A DNA stretch of 63,893 nucleotides, the filler included, from Cercozoa sp. M6MM (Eukaryota > Protista > Endomyxa: Ascetosporea), in the NCBI GenBank assembly GCA_040357565.1. It is 17 parts of 17 records of this genome, joined end to end, with 100 filler letters (N's around TTAATTAATTAA, not from the genome) between each part and the next. Parts side by side here need not be neighbours in the genome. Positions count along the whole stretch, not along the records: positions 1 to 5,273 come from JBDODJ010000932.1; positions 5,374 to 10,709 come from JBDODJ010000926.1; 15 more parts are not named here. The stretch is one strand, 5' to 3'. Every line of letters begins with the position of its first letter. The first letter of the stretch is position 1. Positions 1-10,809 of the stretch are shown here, one piece after another. The notes under the pieces were generated by a model. The model made no database searches and was not told the DNA's origin. It worked only from the letters and a program-made list of their open reading frames with translations. Made by a program: the position numbers and the translations under genes.

Positions 1-30
1 TAGTTAGGTCTCAGAGCAAGGTACCAAGCC

Positions 31-410
31 AAAACACTCTTAAACTCTCTCCTTATCTCAAACTTGCTTGAGACATAGGTTATGACCTCCACGCGGACGG
101 GTCAGAGCAATGATTACTGAAAATGTGCAGTAACATACTCCGTGCGCACGGTAGCGTAGATACATCCACGCGTACGCGGATTTAATTAGTACCTACCAAC
201 CCTGCGTTGCGTTAAAGAGAAGAAAGTGTTCTAGGCGAGAACTTCAAAAGACAAGGTGAGCTGAATGTCCCCACCCTAAGCGGGCGGTGGATTCCCTGTG
301 ACCCGTGCCACCCAGGATAAATTAAAGTCGAAACGGTTTCGTTTCTTACGAGTAGACTGAACTAACCAAACGTAGGCGAATGGAAGGGAACTTCTGTAAA
401 CTTGGTAGCG
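31..410. ncRNA. Candidate structured RNA or element terminus (copy A of a dispersed family)
   Basis: Dense series of hairpins, including TCTCAA/TTGAGA, TGACC/GGTCA, TTACTG/CAGTAA, CCGTGCGCACGG, CCACC/GGTGG, CCTG/CAGG and GAAACG/CGTTTC. No ORF. Motifs shared with 29651-29777 and 30705-30827. Confidence 0.35.
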
Positions 411-567
411 AAGGCTGCGGCGTGCGTGTCTATTCAGTTGCATTATCGCCCACAGGTACCCGTCTCAATTCAATTAAAATATTGCAAGGAGCGTTTCTTG
501 TTTCTGGTGCTGACATCAGGTCATCGATGCGCAGAAGCCATCTAGATGCTAAGTATAACGGTGTGTG

Positions 568-2633
568 ATGGAAGCTGTTTACCAATCCGTGCCACCATTT
601 GTATCGGTGTCACGAAAGGCTAGAAGGAGCAAATTTTCGTCCTCGCATTTCGGCACGGTTGCGTCAGCTCTGTTGAATGTGCGAGGTCGTAAAAGTCTAT
701 CGGTGTCGAACGAAGGACTCTCGACCTCAGCTCTTCGTGCGCAGTCGCTTCAGCCAACTGTGCACTCGCTTGTTGGCAAGACGCTGCACTTTCCAGAGGG
801 TCACAACGTCATCACAGGCATAGAAACCGAAGCACGAAAGCTCCGAGCGTGGTCTCCGACCAAAACACGCACGCGGGCAGCGATTTCCGCTTTTGGAGCA
901 CAAACGAGACGAATTCGAAGAGAGCGGAGCGCTTCCAACTACAGTCGCTTCGGTGTCAGAGATATCTCTGTGGACGAACGCAGATTGCTGTCTTCTGTTG
1001 GTGTAAAAGTTCCCGTCGCTGGCGTACTGCCTCGAAGAAAGTCATCGCAGGTAAGACATGCGAAGGTACTTGACGTTGAGATGGCCCTCGAGATGTCTGG
1101 AGCAAAGCGTCTCGAAGACGTGAGGGTATTGCACGTCGAAGACCAAGATATTGCCGCAGTGGGAGACCTCAGTGCGCTATCCGAGCTGAGAACTCTGAAA
1201 GTGAGCGTGAACAAAGTCTCACTCAATGATTTTGCTTCGTGTCGAAAGCTTGAAGTGGTAGAGCTCAATTGCTGTGGGCAAACAGGGAGCGAACGCGTTC
1301 GTGACAATGCGTTCCCTTGCTTGAGAACTTTGAAAGCAGGTACTCAGTCACAGAACAATGTGTCACAGTGCACAACTGAAGAATACACTTCGCTACACCT
1401 CTCTCGTAGGCTACAACGCTCTTGATGTCAACTTCTTTGCTTGTTTGGCAAAGTTGCCTGCACTGCAACATCTGAGTCTGGCGGGAAATGGCATTGAACA
1501 ATTGCCTGCACTCGATGGTGATTGCTTTCCACAACTACGCACACTGTCGCTCTGTCACAATCGACTGTCTTCGACAAGTGATTGGCTTGTTCTTGCTCGA
1601 CTTCCTTGCCTCGAGAGACTCGATTTGAGCTACAACATGTTCAATCGCATACCAAGTCTGGCAGAGCTGAAGGAACTCAACCAGAAAGAGACAACGAAAG
1701 AAGATCAAGGAGAGCGACAGAAAACGTGCTTGTTTGAGCGGTTGGAGCAATTGAACCTTGGCTTTAACCGCATCTCTAACGAAGAACACTGTACTTCGCT
1801 GGCAGATTTCTTGGCGCTGCGACACTGCATCCTAACAGGCAACTTTTTCGTGCGCGACGTTGCCGAGTTTAATCCTCGCTGCTACAGATTCCTCGCGAAA
1901 ATCGCGGAAGAGCAAAGTATGGTCATTGAGCTGCGGCTTCCTCCTCGTACCGTCTTGGGAGAGCCACCCATGACGTTGTACGCGCTGGTTCCTTTAAAGT
2001 CGCTCCCGGAAAAGGTACACCGGCGAGCGTTGCGTCAAATTGCTCATCGGGAGATGCTGAAGCTACCTGCTCAAGCAAAAACGTGGCCGACGCATAATAC
2101 CCTCTTGCTTGAGAGAGCGCCTTTATACCCAACAGTGGGTTCCTCCGCATCCCAATCTACCGAAAGAGTGAGTTTACTGCTAGCCGGAGTGTCCTAAACG
2201 CTTGCCATTTACACCAAAGTCTGGACAGGAGGAAGTTGAGGAAGATTTTCGCAAGCAACAACTTGACGAAAACTGGTCAGAGCACGGGGCCTTCTTCACG
2301 CAACCTTCTCTTGAAGGAGACGAAGGAGAGCCTGTCTTCATCGATCCCTTCAGCAAACGTTATGAAACTTCTAGGTTTTCGAGTCGATCAGAGGAGACAC
2401 GAGCTCTCACCGTTAGCTCACAGGCTAGTACCTCGGCGATCTCCAAAGTTTCGAGAGGAGTTTACCCTCAAGTTTTCTCCAGCCGGCGACTTCAAACTAC
2501 GATCAAGCAGCTGCGGTACCGACTCGACCATCCCTTGCGCATTTCGCTTCTCAGTGGAGGACACAAAACCTCACCTCCTCGGAAACGTGAGAAAGCGCGA
2601 GAATTTAAACACCACTCAACATTTGTTTACTGA
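568..2633 (+). CDS. XRRA1: Leucine-rich-repeat protein, XRRA1-like (3 exons; introns ~1340-1409 and ~2168-2219)
   Basis: LRRs LQHLSLAGNGIEQLP, FPQLRTLSLCHNRLS, LERLDLSYNMFNRIP and LEQLNLGFNRI, plus a C-terminal IKQLRYRLDHPL motif, match XRRA1 architecture. GT-AG introns join the three ORFs in frame. Confidence 0.7.
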
Positions 2634-2653
2634 AGACCGCCATGAGGTTTTAA

Positions 2654-3235
2654 TTAGGACTCGTATCCTTGCTGTATATAGTATATAGTTGCCGCGGTTG
2701 CCGTGCATCCTGCACACCGCAACGTATATACAAACCACCAACGTCAGATTCGGATTGGTATTCACTGGCGGAGGCAGAGCTAGCTCTGCTGACGCTAGCC
2801 TCTTCGCTTTCAGTGGTGTTTCAGTGGCCGGACGCACTTTGACCCCGGAAGCCACTTTTTGAAGTATCTGTGCATCGACTTCCCGCTGCTCCACCTCGCT
2901 TATGGGGATTCCGTTGGTCAGCTTGCAGAACTGTTCAAAGTCGAGCCGCCCGTCTGGAGCACCTGCATGTTAGCGTTCCAGAACTTTTCGACGTGCGCAC
3001 GTGTGGTCTCACACCTGCTTGCATAACAGCACGTATGGACGCGAAACGCAGCATGAGCCGGCGGCGACACAGCAACGGCACTGACACGAGACAGATGCCT
3101 GACATGTGCAGAAACTGTGGAAACCCAAGCGACCTTTTCCGTGACGCTCTCGGGCCACTGCAAAAATTGCGTTTGCAAAAATGGCAGCGTGGCGTTTCTC
3201 CACAAAGCCAGGTCACAAGTGACTAGTGACCCTGT
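2654..3235 (-). CDS. Possible small spliced hypothetical gene with an EF-hand-like segment
   Basis: Spliced reading AGAPDGRLDFEQFCKL..EVEQREVDAQILQKV. Structure not fully resolved. Confidence 0.25.
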
Positions 3236-3437
3236 TGGAAGCAAGAGTGACTTTTGCGTATTGTTTTGTATCACTTAAAGCGACTAAAGCATCTAATGAC
3301 GCATGCGAATCTGTGAAAAAGTAATTGAGAATCTAAGTTTAGTAGTCATTTCAGTTTTTAACGTAATTTGATGCGATGGATTTTGAAAGTTCCCGCGCCA
3401 ATTACACACGACACCGCACTGCTGATCCGCCGCCGCA

Positions 3438-4542
3438 TTAAAGTAGCCGCATGACGTCGTTGTACACAGTGACAAGTTCGTACGGGGACCGTATGTTATC
3501 GCACTGCACGCGTCGCCGCTGAAGCGAAATCTTGGTGTGCTCTGCCTCCTGGGTGCCGATTGCAGCGAGATCGCTTTGTTCTGCTTTTGGGCAGAATTAA
3601 AGGCATAAAGCAAAGAAGATAATCGGTCATACCAAACGTATCGTCGAGGGCCAGCCCTACTTCATCAACTTGTTCGGCGGGTGCTTTGGCCTGAGAAACA
3701 CATATTCCACATGATCAACCGATAATCAAAGCGATAGAAGCAAGACTTACCTGCCACAAAGCACGTCTAATATCAGCTGCCTCCTCTTCGTTGTCGTGCA
3801 GACTGAAAAGATGTGAACAATTCTGCACCAACTGATGAGACGTGTGAAGTTACATTTCGACAATGGCGCAAGAAGAGCGTGACGTTCGTGCCACGCCGAT
3901 ACTCACCTGAGTACCGGGTGAAACCTCAATGCGATCACCCTCTATCAACTGTCAAGCACAGTACAGTACTCTGTATCTGAAACGCAGCTTATAAGCACAG
4001 CAAAAGTGGGTACTAGCGCCTCGTCCGCACTGCGCCCTGCCAACAGGAAAGCGTCGCACGCATCACCGCACTCAGATCGCGTGCCATCTTTGCTGATCTA
4101 GGATACCAAATAACAGTACACCGCCATCCACAAAAGAAACACATGCGTAATCACCAAGAAGGAACGTCCTGGGTAAAGTGAAAGCTTCGCCAGATAGATC
4201 TGTCTTTCGAGCTGCCACATCGTGACAGAGTAGCTGGGGTTTTCTGCAACAGCACACGTTTTGAAAGGCATCACGCAGCGAGGAAAAGGCGCGCACACAT
4301 AGTACCGTCACAATGGTACGCAGCAGGCGATGAAAAGTACGCAAACAGTGCCCGAAGCAAGGCGAAGCGCAGCGAAGCGCAGTCGATCTGCTCATCACTC
4401 CACAAGAAAAGAATGAACAAAAAGTTGTAAGTACCGTTTTGCCTCCAGTGAATAGCAGAATGTCAACCTTCATTTGGGCACACACTAGTAAAATTAAAAC
4501 CAATTTAGCGTAGCCCAGACTGTATTGGGCTCTCGTACTCAT
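3438..4542 (-). CDS. Hypothetical protein, about 9 exons
   Basis: Consistent in-frame chain of GT-AG introns from MSTRAQYSLGYAKL to ...VTVYNDVMRLL*. No family recognised. Confidence 0.6.
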
Positions 4543-4863
4543 GTCGACTTGAACAGAATTTCATGCGTAGTTCGACCATTGTCCAAACACACCGAGGTTA
4601 TTAGGGGGTAGTCCGCTACACGATTGACCTAGAATCGTTTTGTACTTTCTTAATGACCCAGAAGCCATGGCCGAAGACGTTGGTCCACCTTTGCAGCCTT
4701 TGAGTAATCCTGATCAAGTGACGTTTGTGCAGCACGCTTTTAAACGTGCGCAGGGTCGTGCAGCCAGTGGAATTGTAGTGTGAGCCACACAATCGTGCAT
4801 AAGCTGTGAGTCGAAGCATCAACGCCTGCCGAAAAGTTGTTTGAAACAAAATAAGTCGGGCAG

Positions 4864-5097
4864 ATGCTTCCACTGGGCCGTCGCGACGATGACGTGTACA
4901 GCGGCAAGCCGCTGATGGCGCAGCTCGCCGCTCGTGGCCGGACTCGCATGCAATCGAACAAGTTCGGCGGCCCGAGGCATGGTGGCGGCTCCTCGTTTCC
5001 CGTCAAGAAGATCGGCGTCATTGTTGGCGTCGTCGGTGTCGTTGCTTTCGTGCTGTACTTGCTCACGGGATTGTTCGCAACGTCGTCTTCGATGCCG
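4864..5097 (+). CDS. First exon of a type II membrane protein (truncated by contig end)
   Basis: MLPL.. basic tail followed by hydrophobic IGVIVGVVGVVAFVLYLLTGLF, then an intron containing (GT)n. Confidence 0.55.
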
Positions 5098-5106
5098 TGT
5101 ACCTTG

Positions 5107-5273
<167 letters not shown>

Positions 5274-5400
5274 NNNNNNNNNNNNNNNNNNNNNNNNNNN
5301 NNNNNNNNNNNNNNNNNTTAATTAATTAANNNNNNNNNNNNNNNNNNNNNNNNNNNNNNNNNNNNNNNNNNNNGGGGGGGGGGGGGTAAACAGGGGGGTA

Positions 5401-8128
5401 AGCGCACCAACGAGGCGCGCCAAGAAGTAGTGCAGCGTGAGCGAGTACTGCGTGGTGCCGTTGATCTCAATGACGGTGCTGCCCGAGTCATGCTGATGCG
5501 CGTGACTGTGACCGTTGCTGTGATCACTGGAACCGTCACCAGTGGCGGCACCCTCAGTGGCCACGTGTCGCTGCAGCACCGTCTCCACCACCTCCGTGTC
5601 GACCACGCTGCTGAGGTCGCACGGCACCTGGAACACCGCATCGCTGTCCAAGTCCACGAACACCACGTCGCCCAGCTGCACGGACCACATCGTATATACG
5701 TGTGCATGTGTGTGTTTGTACACACTAAAAGCTTTCAATTTCGAGTGCAAAGCTTATTGAAAGCCTTCAAATTCAAAGCCTTCAATTTCAATGCTTTCAA
5801 GGGCCTAGTTTTAGATTTCAAAGAGCAAAGCCTGACATTTCAAAAGCAAAACTTTCGCAAAGCTTTCGCAAAGCTCTCGCAAAGCTCTCGCAAAGCTGTC
5901 ACAAAGTTTTAATTTTCAAGCGAAAAGCTTCGAACAAAGTTCGATCAAAGCTTTGAATTTCGAGTGCAAAAATCAAAGCGTACCAGGTCGAAATCGAGGT
6001 CACTCAGGTGGCGTCGAAGCACGCCGCAGAGAAACGGCATCGGAGCATACACCACGTGTTGCAGCATCGGCTACGAGAAACGTCCAATCTACCAAAAGTC
6101 ATGTTACACCAAATCTCGTTTACCTGAGGAACGAGAGGCACACAGACGTGCGCATACTCCAGAGGCCAGATCATGCTGAAGGGGGTAAACAGGGGGTAAA
6201 CAGGGAGGTAAACAGGGGGGGTAAACAGGGGGGTAAACAGGGGGGTAAAGACCTGACAGTACCACCGCAGCGTCTCGATCGCAGGCGTCAGAACCGCCGC
6301 GTGCGACGAGACGAAACACAACTTTTGCTCCGTCAACAACGCGTCAAAAGCTTCGCAACACGACTCACATAAGCTTCACCCCCCTCTTTACTCCCTCTTT
6401 ACATCCATCTTATAACCCCCCCTCCCCCAGAAGAAAGACGGCCACACCAACGGACAGAGAGGTCGCCGACAGTCGCAAAAACAAGTGTCGATGGTCGACG
6501 TTGCTGGCGCCGACTTTGGCCGAACACACCGTCTCTGGCAGTCGCGAGAACTCCACTAGCACCGGCTCTGAAAACACACCTTTTTCAAGCTTGTCAAAAC
6601 TCAACCCGTCAAAATTTAAGCCTTCTCAAAATAGAAAACTTGGTCCAGTCATCAAGTTTCTCAAGTGTTCATGTCATTCGACTCAGTAAAGCTGTTGTAT
6701 TCATGATCTCAGGCCACACAAGCCTATCAAACTTCTCAAAACTGTCATCTCATTTAAATTTAGTGCCTTTCAAAACGGTTGTTTTAATACTGTAAAGCCT
6801 TCAAATGAAGCACACTTATGAAGCTTTCGACTCGTTTTCAAAGTTCAGAACCGCGAACGTGTTGTCAAAACTCTCAAAAACACTTTCTCGAACCAAAACA
6901 GAAAACTGGTATACCGTCAGTGTTCTGCGACGCAACGATTCGCTGTCGTTTCGCGCTGAAAATTCGTCTCAATTCGCTTCTGTCAAAAGAAGAGGAGAGT
7001 TGCCCACTTGAGTCCAAAACAACAAACACAAACACAAGTACCGAGCGGCGAAATCGGTGCCGTTTTCGGCGACTTGCAATGCCTCAAGTCGGTCTGCCAG
7101 TCGCATCGAAAAACCTCTCTTGCCAAATAAAAACAAAAACCAAAAAGAGAAAACAAAAGTTACCAGCGACGGATTTTGCGTGATTCCACTGCTGAACGCG
7201 CTGCACCAGCGGAACAAAGACCGCAAAGTGTCCGCGCGGAAGCGATGGCGTTTCCTCCAGCAGGAACCGAGCGGTCATATCGAGCGACTCCTCCGAGAAA
7301 CGCTGCTTGCGACACAGTCGGAGGAGAGCGCACAGCAGGTCACTCAGCGGGGCACCTGCCAGGGTCATTCAGTCAGATCAATGAGGGGAGGGGGCAAAAA
7401 GATAGCTCAAGCACTACCGATTTCGTGTCGACTGGTGGCAACCAATACAACCGGCTCCATCAACTGCGCTTCACATCACATCAGAACTCGAAGAACACAA
7501 AGCAGAGGTAAGAAACGCAAAAAGCACCTCAGTTTCGGTCACGTCGTCGTGAAACTCGCTTCGCGAAACGCAGCGCACCGCTTTCGCCGCAACTCCAAAA
7601 ATCCGACCCTGAACGAAGCGAAACAAACCTTTAAAGTGAACAAAGCAGAAGAAAGCAAAAACAAAGAACAGAGAAGAAAGCAGAAAAGCAAAAATACGCC
7701 ATCCTGTTCGGTGATTGAGAACGTCCAGACACAAACGTTCGCTGGCAGCGTTGTTGTCTTCTTTCTGCAGCAAGCGGGCCTTTTTAAATACGAGATCGGC
7801 CGAATCAAAATCTTTTGAATTTACTGCAGTTGAACGACATTGTCGAGAAACGCAAACATTCGCAGATTATCAACAAATTCTGCGTCAGTTTTCACTGGCC
7901 TGCGGGAAATGAGCGGCTCTAATCATTGTAAGAAACGCAAGGACTTTCCGTACCATCTGCGCAGTGTTTTTGGCAGAAACTGCCATTTCGACACGTCCGC
8001 GCGGACGGAAGCATCGTTTGATCTGAGGAAGATACGAGCATCGTACGTTGTTTCGAGGGAATGAAAAAGTAGAAATGCCAAAGATACCGCTCCGCGCCAA
8101 CGAAAGCGACATGATCAACCAAACCCAT
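5401..8128 (-). CDS. DENN-domain protein (Rab GEF family), multi-exon, 3' truncated
   Basis: N-terminal MGLVDHVAFVG. cDENN motifs LLTEQKLCFVSSHAAVLTPAIETL, IWPLEYAHVCVPLVP, VVYAPMPFLCGV and GDVVFVDLDSD. Confidence 0.85.
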
Positions 8129-8500
8129 TAATGGGGCTTTAGTTTTCGTGCACTAGCAAGGTAAAACAAGCAATTTTAGCTTGGGCACGCTGCCAAACAC
8201 GTTAAGACGCCGCCAAGCGCTCCGATCGTCGAGGCCGCCCTTAGCTTTTGACGCGTGCAATAAGCAAATGCTACTATATAATTAAAGCACACACGCACTG
8301 GTACGCCAAAATGCGGTTTGCTGTAGCTTTTCCGTTCCAACCGTTTATGTTTAAAGGGTCGTCGGTGTATTGGGCTGTAGATTGTACTGGCATATACTTT
8401 AAGAGATAGAGTTATGCAATTAAGGCTTGCAGCGCGGTTTTCGCGTCTGGTGGTACACTCATTTCTTTTTGTTTTGCGCGATGGTTGCTCACTTTGATTT

Positions 8501-10316
8501 TTGAGGCAGAGACAGCGTTGCCGCTCTCTTTCGTCGCCGGCAAGCATCGATGAGCTGTTCTTTGGCCCAGTGGGACCGATCAGCAAACATACAATCACCG
8601 GCACGGCTGCAGAAGACAAGAGCAGTGACGATAACAATGACATTGAAATTTCCAATGTGAAATCCGAGGGTGCTGTCGTCGACAATGCTGAAAAGAAGCC
8701 GGGTCAGAATGAAACAGTGACAGAGAATTCAGTTGATGACAATGCTGACGTTGTTAATTATCCGAGTGAAGAGAGTGAAACCCCGGCTTCACACAAGCGA
8801 TTCGATCTGCCTGACAGTCTCTCGCATGAGAAGGTGACTGACCTTGTTCAGTTTGACCTTGTGTTCAGTTTGTATTTATGTGAATATTTGTGTGTGTGTG
8901 TGTGTATGTGTGTGTGTGTATGTGTGTGTGTGTGTGTGTTTTTAGTTGGTCGAAGCTGTGAAATTAGCGCCCGAGTTTGGGATTAGCTTTGTCGTTCGAG
9001 TCCTCGAATTGTGTCTCCGTCGAGGCCAGTTTGATCTCTTCCAACAGGGTACCTTTGTTCATGCTTTGTATTTTCTGGAAAAACGCTGCCAAATGCATTG
9101 TTAAACTGCCAGTTTTGCCGGTACTGACCAAGAATAACGTGGGCGAAGTGTCCTCATTAAACGTGGAGCAACTGATTGAGGCGATTCGACCAGCCATCGA
9201 TCGGTTTTGCACGGCTTTTGTTTACCGTCACCTTTTGATCGAAATGCAAGCAAAACGTATTTGTGCAGATGCGAAACAAACGACTGGAATGCGTTGATTC
9301 GGTGTGTTTTCACGTTGCAGAAATTCGTTTCCTGGGGCAAAGTCGTCTTGGTATCGTTGCTTTGTGCTCTCTGGTTTTTTTTTTTTTTTTGCTCACTCAC
9401 TTTTGCTTGTTTGAATCTGAACAGTCGGAACCAGAGAAAGAGTCGGTGGAAGGCTTGCAGTTCTCGCTCCATAAGTTTCTCGAGTGCTTTTTAAGAGTGC
9501 CCCCATCTTGTTGTTCTTGGTTTTGTTGGATTTACTGGGTATGATTGCTTGCAGCATAAAGGCGAGCACCACCTGCGATACTGGGTCGTGAGAAACCATG
9601 TGTATCTACTGGTGTGTTATGTTTCATTTTTCTCTTCCTTACTTCGGTGGACGTTCGCGTTTCTTTGTTTGCAGGAGACATTGTGCAGGCGGTTCAAAGG
9701 CGAAAAAGAACTCTCGCCACACGTTGTATCTTTGACTGAGCTACTTGCTTTTGCTTCTATGATTTCCTGTGTTCTCCTTTAGTCTCTGGCCTTTATTGGA
9801 TCGATTCGATACATCGTATCAGTTCTGGAACATCTACCGCCTGCAAAGTATACACCTGCTCTTTCTATATCTCTATCTCTCAAAACAAGTGCATCGTTTC
9901 CGTGGTGAACAGACTGAAACTTCTCGAGCGGCGAACAAAACAACTTCTAACGCTTTCGGACGGCTTTAACGAGGAACCGCATCGCTGTACAAGCCCTAAA
10001 TCTCGTCACCTCCTATTCGAATGAATTGAATGTGTTTCTCACAGCAATGCGCAAGCACGCTCGCGCTTTAATTCGAACTCTGCGGGCTCGTCTGCCCGCC
10101 AGCAGTCATACTGCAAGCAGAAGACGAAAGCGATCGAAACAGAGTCGGGAGGCTACTGAACGAGTCGACTCGGATGGCAGTGATTCGATGTTTCCTCGGG
10201 CCGAAACCAACTCTGAGAACACGGGTGCCTGTCCCGACGACAACAGCGTCGGTGCGGAAAGCTCAGCTGCTCCTGCATCTGAGCTCGGCTCGGAAGTGGA
10301 AGTTAGCGTCATGTAG
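8501..10316 (+). CDS. Multi-exon helical hypothetical protein (weak resemblance to the PP4R3/SMEK C-terminal region)
   Basis: Spliced reading FLECFLRHKGEHHLRYWVVRNHVYLLETLCRRF..SLAFIGSIRYIVSVL. Start and last-exon frame are uncertain. Confidence 0.45.
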
Positions 10317-10809
10317 CCGCCCTGTAGCCAGTCAACAACCCACGCCACGGCCGGCGGAGTACCGTCACCGAGTTACAGTAATGGGTGGTTCTGTATGTGA
10401 CTGCTGTCGTTTCGTTTTGGGGGGGGGGGGACGCTTTGGGTTTGAGTACGATTAAATTGACTTCAAACGCAAACGAAAAAGGCAAAACTAGTTAAACTGC
10501 ACATGCCACGTTGAGTGTGAGCATGCGCACTGTACAAATCAATCGAAAAACTGAGTGAGGCAGACGGGAGTCAATGAGCGCCTGAGTCGGTGGGCAGTGA
10601 CGGCGCGGACCCGACCCGACCGACTGGGCTGCAAGAGACTCGCTGTCGTTGTGCAGGGCCACAATGGTGCGTTGAGTCGCCCGTGAGTCGCGAGTTAGAA
10701 GCACTTGCGNNNNNNNNNNNNNNNNNNNNNNNNNNNNNNNNNNNNNNNNNNNNTTAATTAATTAANNNNNNNNNNNNNNNNNNNNNNNNNNNNNNNNNNN
10801 NNNNNNNNN

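Noticed and set aside
261-275. RNase MRP/P RNA (GAATGTCCCC resembles CR-I)
   Set aside because: No matching P4 3' strand (..GGGGCTYA) downstream.
228-300. Pistol ribozyme (CCCTAAGCG resembles the pistol core)
   Set aside because: The required P1-UAAAU-P2-pseudoknot order and the P3/GU/P2 closure cannot be built, and TAAATT lies downstream rather than upstream.
5274-5373. Recurrent TTAATTAATTAA motif as a biological repeat or target site
   Set aside because: It is always embedded in fixed N runs and is a six-frame stop linker from contig concatenation.
6181-6250. Interstitial telomere
   Set aside because: The G-rich strand is GGGGTAAA(CA), not TTTAGGG/TTAGGG. It is irregular and intronic.
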